A stretch of 33,242 nucleotides of DNA, taken from contig NZ_LQMW01000022.1 of NCBI RefSeq assembly GCF_001541925.1, positions 1 to 33,242 on the forward strand, read 5' to 3'. Of the stretch, positions 7,034-16,316 are shown piece after piece. A program made the position numbers and the translations under genes. Each line of letters starts with the position of its first letter. The stretch's first letter is position 1. Origin of the DNA: Nitrosopumilus sp. Nsub (GTDB taxonomy: Archaea > Thermoproteota > Nitrososphaeria > Nitrososphaerales > Nitrosopumilaceae). The notes below the pieces were generated by a model, which saw only the letters and a list, made by a program, of their open reading frames with translations, had not been told where the DNA came from and did not search any database.

Positions 7034-9191
7034 GTAAAACCATCTCCCTTAACGAATTAAACCAAGTCTCTTGTGCTTTATCAACGCTTAGATCAATTAT
7101 TGGTTTAGAATCATTACTAAATTGAATGGAATCACCAGTAAACTCACCAATTACTGAATACGATACATTGTGTTTTTTCAATATTTCCTCTAGATTTTGA
7201 ATATTTTCTTTTTCAAATGTGATTAAATATCTTGAATGACTTTCTGAAAATAGAATTTTATCAGAATCTAATTTTTCACCAGGTATTTTTTCCAATGAAA
7301 TGTTACATCCAATTTGATTTGTCATACAAAGTTCAGATATTGCAATTGCCAATCCACCTTTAGAACAATCATGTGCAGATTTGATTAATTTATTTTCAAT
7401 TATTTCCAATACAGAACTCATATTTTTCTTTGATTCTGTAAAGTCAACTGAAGGGCATTTTCCTCCAATAAATTTATGAACGTATTCAGAATATTCTGAA
7501 CCGCCCAATTCATCTTTAGTTTCACCAATCATGATTAATGAATTTCCAGAAGTAATTTTTTGAATCCTCAAAGGTTTTTTGTCAATTAAACCAATAACAC
7601 CAATTACGGGAGTTGGTTTGATTGGACCATCAGATGTTTCATTATACAAACTTACTTTTCCACCAACACAAGGAATTTCAAAGTCCTTTGCAAAATCTGT
7701 CAACCCCTTAAGTGATTCCAAAAATGTCCAAAAGATTTCAGGATCATTTGGATTTCCAAATTGAAGGTGATCTAGCATTCCAATTGGTTTTGCCCCAGTA
7801 CAAACAACATTTCTACATGCTTCTTCAAAACAACCAATTGCACCTTCTCGAGGATTAATGTAACATTGTTTTGGATTACCGTCAATCTTAATTGAAAGAG
7901 ATTTTCCATTATCTAGCCTCAAAACAGATGCATCATGACCAGGTTTTGTAACAGTTCTAATTCCCACTTCATGATCATATTGACTATAAACCCAAATCTT
8001 ACTTGCAATATTTGGAGACCCAAGTAATTTCATCAAGGTTTCAGAATAATCAGATAGTTGTGGGAAAGATTTTGCTGTTTCAAGATTTTCAAGATAGACA
8101 GGTTTTCTTGAAGGCAAATCAAGTAAAGTTGCATTTGCAACAATATCTGTAGAAATATTTGCAATTGAAGTTTCACCTTTTTTTACATGCATTTTATTGT
8201 CAAATGTTACGTGTCCAATTACAGAACATTCGATTCTAAATTTCTCACAAATTTTTCGTAATTTAATTAATTTTTCATTATCAGTAACAATTAACATTCT
8301 TTCTTGAGATTCAGAAATCATTATTTCATCTGAATGCATGTCAGATTCACGGATATGTACTTTTTCTACATCCATTTCAATTCCAATATCCAAAGCATCA
8401 GCAGTTTCAGATACTGCACAAGATAATCCACCACCACCAAGATCTTTCATTGCATGAATAAGTTGTTCATTACGTGCTTCCAAAATTGCTTCAATGATTA
8501 ATTTTTCAATAAAAGGATCAGGAATTTGAACAGCTGAGCGGTCTTCAGTTTCTAATGAATCAGATGCAAATTGAGAACCACCAATACCATCTCTTCCAGT
8601 AGCACCGCCTAAGAGAACAACCAAATCACCTTTTTTTGCATGGTTTTTAATCAAATTTTCTTTTTTACCAAATCCAATTGCAGCAACATCAACCATCGCA
8701 TAATTTTTGTAGCACTCATCAAATTCAACTTCACCCCCAACAGTTGGAATACCTAAACAATTTCCGTAATCAGCTATTCCAGTTACCGCATTTTTAAAAA
8801 GCCATTTTGCATGTTTATCATTTTCAATATTTCCAAAACGCAATCCATCAAGAAGTGCAATAGGACGAGTACCAGCAGATAAAATATCTCGAATTACTCC
8901 TCCAACACCAGTTGCGGCACCACCATAAGGCTCAACAGCAGAAGGATGATTATGGCTTTCAATGTGAGCTGTTACCACATAGCCATCACCCACATCTAAA
9001 ACTCCAGAGTCATATCCTTTTTCATTAATCACTAATGGACCATCCATTGGTAACATTTTGAGATGTTTTTTAGAAGATTTGTAAGAACAGTGTTCAGACC
9101 ATTCTGCTGCAACAATTTGTAATTCAGTTGAAGTAGGATTGCGACCAATCTTGGTTTTTAGTTCTTCTAATTCATGTGATTCTAAACTCAA
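7026..9191 (-). CDS. purL: Phosphoribosylformylglycinamidine synthase subunit II
   Basis: 721 aa with duplicated AIR-synthase-like domains (SHNHPSAVEPYGGAATGVGGVIRD; DLGGGGLSCAVSE). There is a 4-nt overlap with purQ. Confidence 0.95.
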   Translation of the reverse strand: MSLESHELEELKTKIGRNPTSTELQIVAAEWSEHCSYKSSKKHLKMLPMDGPLVINEKGYDSGVLDVGDGYVVTAHIESHNHPSAVEPYGGAATGVGGVIRDILSAGTRPIALLDGLRFGNIENDKHAKWLFKNAVTGIADYGNCLGIPTVGGEVEFDECYKNYAMVDVAAIGFGKKENLIKNHAKKGDLVVLLGGATGRDGIGGSQFASDSLETEDRSAVQIPDPFIEKLIIEAILEARNEQLIHAMKDLGGGGLSCAVSETADALDIGIEMDVEKVHIRESDMHSDEIMISESQERMLIVTDNEKLIKLRKICEKFRIECSVIGHVTFDNKMHVKKGETSIANISTDIVANATLLDLPSRKPVYLENLETAKSFPQLSDYSETLMKLLGSPNIASKIWVYSQYDHEVGIRTVTKPGHDASVLRLDNGKSLSIKIDGNPKQCYINPREGAIGCFEEACRNVVCTGAKPIGMLDHLQFGNPNDPEIFWTFLESLKGLTDFAKDFEIPCVGGKVSLYNETSDGPIKPTPVIGVIGLIDKKPLRIQKITSGNSLIMIGETKDELGGSEYSEYVHKFIGGKCPSVDFTESKKNMSSVLEIIENKLIKSAHDCSKGGLAIAISELCMTNQIGCNISLEKIPGEKLDSDKILFSESHSRYLITFEKENIQNLEEILKKHNVSYSVIGEFTGDSIQFSNDSKPIIDLSVDKAQETWFNSLREMVLRA

Positions 9192-9868
9192 TTTTCAATT
9201 CCTGCCTTTTTCAATAATGATTCAAAAATTAATGATGAGGGTTCGTTATCTTGAGGATTTATTTCAGATTCTACAGCTCTTTCAGGATGAGGCATCATGC
9301 CAACAACATTTCCATCTTCATTACAGACACCTGCAATTTGATTTAAGGAACCATTTACAACTTTATCATATTTGAAAACAATTTGGTTTTTTTCTTCAAG
9401 CGTTTTCAATGTGTCATCATCAACATAATAACGTCCTTCGCCATTTGCAATAGGAATTGGTATCTTTTGATTAAGTTCAAATTGATTTGTAAAAGGTGTT
9501 TTATTATTTTCAACGATCAAATTTGTCCATTCACACATAAAATTCAGAGAATCATTTTTCAGTAAGACGCCGGGCAACAATCCAGATTCTACAAGAATTT
9601 GAAATCCATTACAAACACCCAATATTGGAAGTCCTTTTTCAGCAATTTTTTTTACATCTTGAATGATTGGGCTATTTGCAGCAATTACACCTGCTCGTAG
9701 TCTATCACCATAAGAAAATCCGCCTGGCAATACAACAGCGTCAAGATTTTCAGGAAGGGGTTTGTCATGCCAGCAATATTGAGCATTGAGATTAAAAACG
9801 TCAGATAACACATGATACATGTCTCGATCGCAATTACTTCCTGGAAAAACTACAACTCCAACATTCAC
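9188..9868 (-). CDS. purQ: Phosphoribosylformylglycinamidine synthase subunit I (glutaminase)
   Basis: 226 aa with VVVFPGSNCDRD, the catalytic GVCNGFQIL motif and MMPHPER. GTG start. Confidence 0.95.
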   Translation of the reverse strand: MNVGVVVFPGSNCDRDMYHVLSDVFNLNAQYCWHDKPLPENLDAVVLPGGFSYGDRLRAGVIAANSPIIQDVKKIAEKGLPILGVCNGFQILVESGLLPGVLLKNDSLNFMCEWTNLIVENNKTPFTNQFELNQKIPIPIANGEGRYYVDDDTLKTLEEKNQIVFKYDKVVNGSLNQIAGVCNEDGNVVGMMPHPERAVESEINPQDNEPSSLIFESLLKKAGIEN

Positions 9869-9947
9869 AATAGTTTTTAGTTTCAGAGTTATTTAATTTG
9901 AGCCCAGCCTGATACAATTTTTAAGTGAATAATTTGGGGGGATCGCT

Positions 9948-10364
9948 ATGGCAAAAGTTAGAGATATTATGCAAAAAAATGTAATTACAATCGGAAATAC
10001 GAAAAAAGCACAAGATGCAGCAGTTATTCTTAAAGAAAAAGAGATCAGTTTTCTAGTAGTCGTGAATGAAGGAAAACCAGTAGGAATAGTTTCTGAAAGA
10101 GACATCGTGAGAAAAATTGTTGCAGATAACAACGAGTCACAGACAACCCCATTAGAAACAATAATGTCAAAAAAATTCAAATGGGTTGAACCTAATGCAT
10201 CAATTGAATCTGCTGTTCAAAAAATGTTAAACAATAACATTAGACGCTTAGTTGTTTTAGACAATGATGATCTAGCAGGAGTAATTACTCAAACAGATTT
10301 AACAGAATTTTTACGAAGTAAAATTTTGATAAATGCCACTATAGAAAATATTGAATCAGATTAA
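9948..10364 (+). CDS. CBS domain pair protein
   Basis: 138 aa with two CBS motifs (VRDIMQKNVITI...ISFLVVVNEGKPVGIVSERDIV; IMSKKFKWVEP...IRRLVVLDNDDLAGVITQTDL). Confidence 0.85.
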   Translation: MAKVRDIMQKNVITIGNTKKAQDAAVILKEKEISFLVVVNEGKPVGIVSERDIVRKIVADNNESQTTPLETIMSKKFKWVEPNASIESAVQKMLNNNIRRLVVLDNDDLAGVITQTDLTEFLRSKILINATIENIESD

Positions 10365-10621
10365 ACATCAAATACATCAATTTTTACTACACTAACCATA
10401 GGATTGTAAATTCGTAATTCATCGCAAATTTCCTTAATTTTTGATTGGGCAGTTTCTTTATCAGTTTCATCAATTGAGAATTTTAACATTTTTGCAGTTT
10501 TAATTTGAGATATATTTTTGTGAGTACCTTTCATAACCAAATCATTTAAGATTGTTTTTCCTTCAGGATCACTGATTCCAGGCTTATTTTCAATTGTTAC
10601 ATGTACTTGATAGTTTGTCAT
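10361..10621 (-). CDS. purS: Phosphoribosylformylglycinamidine synthase subunit PurS
   Basis: YQVHVTIENKPGISDPEGKTILNDL...KFSIDETDKETAQSKIKEICDELRIYNPMV is a typical PurS. ATG at 10621 is preferred over the upstream TTG (10636). Confidence 0.85.
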   Translation of the reverse strand: MTNYQVHVTIENKPGISDPEGKTILNDLVMKGTHKNISQIKTAKMLKFSIDETDKETAQSKIKEICDELRIYNPMVSVVKIDVFDV

Positions 10622-10801
10622 ATATTCAACTAACAAAATACTGATTAATCTATCTTCCGAATAATTTTAAAAATTACAACAATCCACTTTGTTCTAAAAA
10701 TGATTTTAGTTTTTCTTTTGTGTTTACATCATCGAATTTATCGTTCTGACTAATAGAAACAATTCATGTCCATCTAAAATTAAATTGTGAGGACCCAAAT
10801 C

Positions 10802-11104
10802 TCAAGCGTTATCAATTTTCATATCATCAATCAAAGTAAGAATTTGATCATTTGTTGAATATACTCCATCATTTTCTAAAAATGTTCTTAAATCAATACC
10901 TTGAATCCAAGTTCTGATATCATTCCTTGAACCGTAATCAATGACAATTTCATCAAAAGTTGATTTAATATCAATTTGAGTATCAGGACCAAATTCATCA
11001 CCATATTTTTGAGTACCATGCCATGGACGATCAATTGTTTTTGATGAGGTATTTTTTAACAACCACATTTTTCTTTCAAGTTTTTTATTTGTAGAATCAC
11101 CCAA
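10802..11104 (-). CDS. Hypothetical ORF in a decayed region (may be a gene fragment)
   Basis: 100-aa ORF with a TTG start and no recognisable motifs. It is flanked by non-coding or degraded sequence. Confidence 0.3.
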   Translation of the reverse strand: MGDSTNKKLERKMWLLKNTSSKTIDRPWHGTQKYGDEFGPDTQIDIKSTFDEIVIDYGSRNDIRTWIQGIDLRTFLENDGVYSTNDQILTLIDDMKIDNA

Positions 11105-11135
11105 ACCAGATTCATTTTTGTTTAAGAGTTGAGGT

Positions 11136-11615
11136 TCAAATTTTTTTTAAATTCAGTTTTTCAATTTTAAATCGACGAGAGTTCTTTGTTGCAGAATTTT
11201 CTAATGAGTTTGGATGTTCAAAGAAACAAAATGAATACATAGAAACTATGGTTTCAAGAACATCTTGAAAAGGATCATCAAAGTGATGTACCACATTCAA
11301 AGCCAAAATAATATCAAAATGCTGAACTTCTTTCAAATTTTTTAGATGTTTCAAATTCATTTGTTTTTCCAAAAGGAGAATATTTCGATTATTGTTTTTT
11401 TATGAGTCCAATAAACAACGTTTAGAATGACTCTCCACAATAACAAAAACTCCAGAAAAATCTTCAGACAATCTAAATGTGAAATAACCTTCAGTTGCAC
11501 CTAAATCTAACAGATATTGGGCGATTAAATTTTTGTAAAAAATTTAAAATTTCTTTACAACGTTATTCAGATTCCCGATATCCAGAAGAAATTGTTTTTC
11601 CTTAAATTCTAACAT
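11136..11615 (-). pseudogene. Class I SAM-dependent methyltransferase pseudogene (one frameshift, one in-frame TAA)
   Basis: Three pieces read on the minus strand. First, MLEFKEKQFLLDIGN... from ATG 11615. After a frame change comes ...NLIAQYLLDLGATEGYFTFRL... (SAM motif I-like), ending at TAA 11402-11400. The same frame then continues into ORF 11136..11372 (...FDIILALNVVHHFDDP...). Confidence 0.6.
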
Positions 11616-11913
11616 CGTTGTAAGTATCAATTTTTATGGATTTATTTTGAAAATTTGGTTTTTTGTAATTTTATTGATTCATCAGAATTTTTAAGAATTG
11701 ATGTTAATTGTTCTAGATTTATTTTATTATTTTGTATTTCATTAAAATAAAAATCCAAATCATCCAACGTAGTTTCTCTATCTAAAAATTTCAAATATTA
11801 TTTGCGAATGGATTTTCGTATCTATAACAAATAATTTCATCAGGCTAGTAATTTAGATTTCTAGAGTCAAGTAGGGTTAGATAGTTATACCAGAATATTT
11901 GAACATATTACAT

Positions 11914-12384
11914 ATGGCAAGAAAAGACAGAATGAGATATTGGAAAATTACCTCAGAAGAAATGAATGATTTCAATTATGATGAAACTAAATTACTAAAT
12001 TGGGAAATCAAATGCATTAGAGAACCCGAAGATGAAGCACATTTTATTGGTGTTTTTATGTACAGAAACGGCACAGCTTATGACTATGAATCAGTTAAGG
12101 GAATTTGTTATTTCCACAACAACATAGATAGAAAAGAACTTCCAGAAATTACCAAATTTTTACAAGGAAAATTTAACGGAAAAGAAATGGAAAAAGGAGA
12201 TAGAATATTTTTGAAAGATTCAGACCAAATTTTCTCCAGTAAGGATATTGGAACCCTGGCAAGAGATATGGAAACAAAATTCAATACAAAAGCAATTATT
12301 TCTTTAGAATTTGAAGATATTTCGCCAGAAGCATTAAAGGAATCAGGCATGCCCGAAGCAAAACTTTTACCAATTCCAAAATAG
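11914..12384 (+). CDS. Hypothetical protein
   Basis: 161-aa track ORF. ATG at 11914 is preferred over TTG 11899. No recognisable domain. Confidence 0.6.
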   Translation: MARKDRMRYWKITSEEMNDFNYDETKLLNWEIKCIREPEDEAHFIGVFMYRNGTAYDYESVKGICYFHNNIDRKELPEITKFLQGKFNGKEMEKGDRIFLKDSDQIFSSKDIGTLARDMETKFNTKAIISLEFEDISPEALKESGMPEAKLLPIPK

Positions 12385-12437
12385 TCGATTTTTAAAAAAT
12401 ATACATTTTCATACATCATTGCACAAAACGAGATTAG

Positions 12438-13229
12438 ATGTCAAATTTAGAAAGCATTAATGCACATCTAGAGGAATTAAGAAAAAGATTACTTAGAGTA
12501 GTTTTAGTAATTGGAATTATTACAGTTGTGGTTTTGACATTTCACGCAGAACCAATTAACATTGGAGAAGTTACATTATACTACCCATCACCAGATCCTC
12601 AAAACAACATTGCAGCTCAAATTACAAATCACATGAGAGAAAATCTAGTTCCTTCAGATGTACAGTTAATTCAAACTGCACCAGGACAAGCTTTCTTTGC
12701 TCAGATGTATGTTTCAGCATTAGTGGGAATGGTAATAGGAATGCCCGTAATAATAAAAGAATTTGTAGGATTTATCAAACCAGCATTAAAAGAAAATGAA
12801 ATTAATGTTAGTAGAAATATTTCATTGCCTGCGTTAGGATTGTTTGTTGCAGGATGTGTATTTTCATATAATTTTGTAATTCCATACATCTTAGAATTTC
12901 TGTATCGATATGGAGATTCAGCAGGACTAGTTACTTTCCTAAACGTGATGGAATTTGTAACTTTTGTATTACAATTTTTATTGGCATTTGGATTTTCTTT
13001 TCAACTTCCACTAATCATGTATGCAATATCCATGTCAGAGATGGTTGGAAAAGATTTTTGGAGAAAAAATGCAAGATATGCAATTGTCATTATCATAATT
13101 TTTGGTGCAATCATTACTCCCGATGGAACCGGAGTAACGATGATGTTTGTTGCAGGCCCAATGATTGGATTGTATTTTGCAGGCATGTTATTCATTGAGC
13201 GCAAACAAAGAGAAAAGTTGAACACTTAA
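12438..13229 (+). CDS. tatC: Twin-arginine translocase subunit TatC
   Basis: 263 aa with a 6-TM profile. It has a typical TatC N-terminus (HLEELRKRLLRVVL) and C-terminal part (AIITPDGTGVTM). Confidence 0.9.
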   Translation: MSNLESINAHLEELRKRLLRVVLVIGIITVVVLTFHAEPINIGEVTLYYPSPDPQNNIAAQITNHMRENLVPSDVQLIQTAPGQAFFAQMYVSALVGMVIGMPVIIKEFVGFIKPALKENEINVSRNISLPALGLFVAGCVFSYNFVIPYILEFLYRYGDSAGLVTFLNVMEFVTFVLQFLLAFGFSFQLPLIMYAISMSEMVGKDFWRKNARYAIVIIIIFGAIITPDGTGVTMMFVAGPMIGLYFAGMLFIERKQREKLNT

Positions 13230-13256
13230 ATCTGAAATCTGAGAAGTAGAGACATA

Positions 13257-13463
13257 ATGCTTGGAAGTACCGAAATCATTGTTTTAGTTGTTGTAATAGG
13301 AGTACTAATTTTTGGTGCTAAAAAAATTCCTGAACTGGCCAAAACATTTGGGAAGGCAAAGGGAGAATTTGAGAAAGGAAAGATTGAAGGAGATAAAGAA
13401 TTGAAGGATTTCAAAGGTAAAATTGATGAATCTCCTAAAGATAAAGAAGTAAAATCAGACTGA
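13257..13463 (+). CDS. tatA: Twin-arginine translocase subunit TatA/E
   Basis: 68 aa with an N-terminal TM followed by FGAKKIPELAKTFGKAKGEFEKG (TatA hinge and amphipathic helix). It lies directly downstream of tatC. Confidence 0.85.
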   Translation: MLGSTEIIVLVVVIGVLIFGAKKIPELAKTFGKAKGEFEKGKIEGDKELKDFKGKIDESPKDKEVKSD

Positions 13464-13928
13464 TTTTTCACACAAAGTAGTTAATTCATCCAACAATTTA
13501 GAATAATTTTCAATTAATTTAGATCTGTCCAATAGTTTTGGAATTTTCATTATCCCCATTAATTTCAAATCTACATCAATCAGAATTTTGGTTCCATCTG
13601 GAATTTCAATGAATTCTTGTCGGATGTAACTGCCTTTAGACTTCCCACCAATTACAAAAACTTCATGTAAAACAAAGGGTTTTGAAACATGTTTAGACAT
13701 TAAAAGAAATTCAATTTCACCTAGTTTGAAATGCTCTTCAACAACCGCAGTTTCTCCACGTACAGAACGAATACGAATTGATGGAAAAAATTGAGGAATC
13801 AGTTGTTCATGTTGTTCAAAATTAGAAAATATAGAAAATACATCTTTTCGTTTGGCATGAATGATTTTTTCTAAAGAAAATTTGGGCAATAGTATTTTAG
13901 AAGCTACCCCATCGAGGGTATAAATCAT
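13455..13928 (-). CDS. SRPBCC (START/polyketide-cyclase-like) family protein
   Basis: The ~150-aa alpha/beta pattern is compatible with Polyketide_cyc2-type proteins. The start is uncertain: ATG 13928 overlaps ubiX by 32 nt, and TTG 13886 is an alternative. Confidence 0.5.
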   Translation of the reverse strand: MIYTLDGVASKILLPKFSLEKIIHAKRKDVFSIFSNFEQHEQLIPQFFPSIRIRSVRGETAVVEEHFKLGEIEFLLMSKHVSKPFVLHEVFVIGGKSKGSYIRQEFIEIPDGTKILIDVDLKLMGIMKIPKLLDRSKLIENYSKLLDELTTLCEKSV

Positions 13929-14454
13929 GATCAATATCAAATTGATCAAGACATTTTCCTACACCATGATTTACAATATCCTCAATGGTTTTTGGTTTAG
14001 TATAGAATTCAGTAACAGGCGGTAAAATTATTACGTTCAGTCGAGATAATTTCAACATATTTTCTAAATGAATTGCAGATAATGGAGTTTCTCTTACCAT
14101 CAAAATCAGTTTTCTTGATTCTTTAATTGTTACACCAGCAGCTCTTGCAACTAAAGTGTCATCATATCCATTTGCAATTGCAGAAAGTGTTTTCATGCTA
14201 CATGGTGCAACAATCATACCGTTAATTCTATGAGTTCCACTTGAGACACTTGCAGCCATATTTTTTTCATCTGAAACAGAAGTTGCTAAAGATTTAACAT
14301 AATCTGGAGCATGTTCAGTTTCCATAGTAATACATTTTTCTCCCCATTCAGACATTACCAAATGTGTTTCAATGTTTAATTTTTTTAATACTTCAAGCAT
14401 TCTAATTCCATAAATTACACCAGTACTACCAGTAATTCCAATAATTAATTTCAT
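13897..14454 (-). CDS. ubiX: Flavin prenyltransferase UbiX
   Basis: MKLIIGITGSTGVIYGIRMLEVLK...HLVMSEWG...MIVAPCSMKTLSAIANGYDD is the canonical UbiX/Pad1 flavoprotein pattern. Confidence 0.9.
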   Translation of the reverse strand: MKLIIGITGSTGVIYGIRMLEVLKKLNIETHLVMSEWGEKCITMETEHAPDYVKSLATSVSDEKNMAASVSSGTHRINGMIVAPCSMKTLSAIANGYDDTLVARAAGVTIKESRKLILMVRETPLSAIHLENMLKLSRLNVIILPPVTEFYTKPKTIEDIVNHGVGKCLDQFDIDHDLYPRWGSF

Positions 14455-14591
14455 TGATTATTGTGGAAAATAGTAGTATTTAGAATAGACTCACTAAAGA
14501 AACATGTTTTAAGCAAAGTTAGTTTCATTTTCCATTACCTCCAATCTAAATTAAATAGTGATCAGATAAAAAGCATGATTTTTTGTTGAAA

Positions 14592-15767
14592 TCAAAATTT
14601 ACGCTTGAAAACAACAAAACCCAAAATTATTCCAATACTCACAACACCAATTACAATATACAAAGTTGTTAAATCATTACCAGATTCTTTTGAGGTAAAT
14701 TTTGTTACATCTCCTAGCGGAGTTTCAGATATACGTATTATCTTATCATTATTGCCATTTGCAGTAAGAAGATATAGATTTCCATCAGGGTCAATTTGAG
14801 CAGTTCGGATTCTACCAAATTCTCCCTCAAAAAATTTTTCTGTACCAATTAAAGAACCATCATCACCAATATCAACAACCATCAAATGTTCTCCACGAAG
14901 AGTTCCTACCAAAAATTTTCCATTAAAACTAGAAATTTTTTCTGAATCATAAAAAACCATTCCACTTGGAGCCCACGTCAACTGACCACTATGAGTAATT
15001 GGATTTACAAAATTTTCATCAGAGGAATTACCAACTATGTTTGGCCATCCATAGTTTTTACCTTTCAAAATAACATTTATCTCATCATGCCCATATCCTT
15101 GTTCACCAGAAGGACCATGTTCAGAAGATACAAACATTCCATCTGATGACCATGCCAATCCCTGAGGGTTCCGATGACCATAAGAAAAAACAGGACTAGA
15201 ATCAAATGGATTATCCTCAGGAATAGTTCCATCAGGATTAATTCTCAAAATTTTTCCTGCAAGTGAAGACAAATCTTGGGATAATCCCGGACTGATTGCA
15301 TCACCAGTTGAGACATACAATTTTTGATCTGGACCAAACTTTATTCTTCCACCATCATGCCAAGGTGCACCAGGAATACCATCAAGAATAATTTGTTTAT
15401 CCGTTAACTTGTCTTCATTTAATCTAAAACTGTAAACTTTGTTTTGATAAAATTCAAGTTCCAAATTTGTTTGATAAACGTAAATTTTTTTATTTTTTTC
15501 AAAATCAGGATGCAATGCAAGACCCAATGTACCACCTTCAACAGAACCACTTTTAGGGAATGTTTGAATTATTTTACCATCGCCAGATTCATTTATTTTC
15601 CAGATGCGACCATCCCTCTCCGTAAAGTAAATCTCACCATCAGGACCAAATACAATTTCCCAAGGATTGTTTAATCCATCCACAATTACGTCAGTATTCA
15701 ATTCAGCATTTACAGGGATCATTATTGAAAAAAAAGAAATTAAAAATATCACAAAGAGAAACTGCAT
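14592..15767 (-). CDS. PQQ-dependent sugar dehydrogenase (soluble glucose/sorbosone dehydrogenase family) with a signal peptide and a C-terminal TM anchor
   Basis: Motifs NPWEIVFGPDGEIYFTERDGRIW, HDGGRIKFGPDQKLYVSTGD, GKILRINPDGTIPEDNPF, SYGHRNPQGLAW and NYGWP. Hydrophobic N-terminus and C-terminus. Confidence 0.85.
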   Translation of the reverse strand: MQFLFVIFLISFFSIMIPVNAELNTDVIVDGLNNPWEIVFGPDGEIYFTERDGRIWKINESGDGKIIQTFPKSGSVEGGTLGLALHPDFEKNKKIYVYQTNLELEFYQNKVYSFRLNEDKLTDKQIILDGIPGAPWHDGGRIKFGPDQKLYVSTGDAISPGLSQDLSSLAGKILRINPDGTIPEDNPFDSSPVFSYGHRNPQGLAWSSDGMFVSSEHGPSGEQGYGHDEINVILKGKNYGWPNIVGNSSDENFVNPITHSGQLTWAPSGMVFYDSEKISSFNGKFLVGTLRGEHLMVVDIGDDGSLIGTEKFFEGEFGRIRTAQIDPDGNLYLLTANGNNDKIIRISETPLGDVTKFTSKESGNDLTTLYIVIGVVSIGIILGFVVFKRKF

Positions 15768-16070
15768 AATTTAATGAAAGTTTTTTTAGTTAAAACACTA
15801 TGCAATTAATTCAAAAAACGACTTCATATTTTTCATACATGAAATTTTTGATAAATGAAAAAAAGGAATTTAAAAAAATATGTTTTGGTTTTGATCGATA
15901 TTAGATTTGACCTTTTACCTTGAATATTTTCTTCATAGAGATTAAGCCTATGAATTGTAAGAAAAGGTATGTCCATAATTTCGCATTGTTTGAAATTTTA
16001 TCAAAAAAGATGCGTATTAATTGTAAACAAAAAGAAACCTAGTTTATTTCAAAAATAAATTTTTGGTAAA

Positions 16071-16217
16071 TCAAATATTTTCAGAAACATCTTGCTCAAT
16101 TGAATCATCAGATTCTTTTTCTAATTTTCTTCGTTTTATCCATAAGGATACACCACAAACAGCCATAGCAGTTAATAGAATCACACCTGCCATTTGTAAT
16201 TCTACAGAGTAAAACAT
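16071..16217 (-). CDS. Possible small single-TM protein (48 aa), below the ORF-track cutoff
   Basis: ATG..TGA ORF MFYSVELQMAGVILLTAMAVCGVSLWIKRRKLEKESDDSIEQDVSENI. It has one TM helix followed by a positive cluster, and is the only ORF in a 530-bp spacer. Confidence 0.3.
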   Translation of the reverse strand: MFYSVELQMAGVILLTAMAVCGVSLWIKRRKLEKESDDSIEQDVSENI

Positions 16218-16316
16218 GATTATTCTAATCAAGACATTTGAATAAAACATTATGGTTTTTATCGATCCAATAAATCAAAATTTTACATATATTAGATGCC
16301 AATATTTACGCATAAT

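Noticed and set aside
6687-9565. Antisense ORFs inside purF, purL and purQ (6687..6995+, 7579..7764+, 9139..9375+, 9383..9565+)
   Set aside because: They lie entirely within strongly supported genes on the opposite strand, have low-complexity or odd composition, and carry no motifs. They are typical shadow ORFs.
9893-10180. 95-aa minus-strand ORF overlapping the CBS gene
   Set aside because: It is antisense to a well-supported CBS-pair CDS, and its hydrophobic, low-information sequence points to a shadow ORF.
4965-11402. Possibility that TAA is reassigned or read through, given two genes with in-frame TAA
   Set aside because: TAA terminates purF, purL, aEF-2 and many other well-delimited genes here. 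Nonsense mutations or pseudogenisation are a far simpler explanation.
12108-13471. Minus-strand ORFs 12108..12419, 12701..12889, 13001..13225 and 13226..13471
   Set aside because: They are antisense to the hypothetical gene, tatC and tatA. The tatC and tatA frames carry family motifs, whereas these do not.
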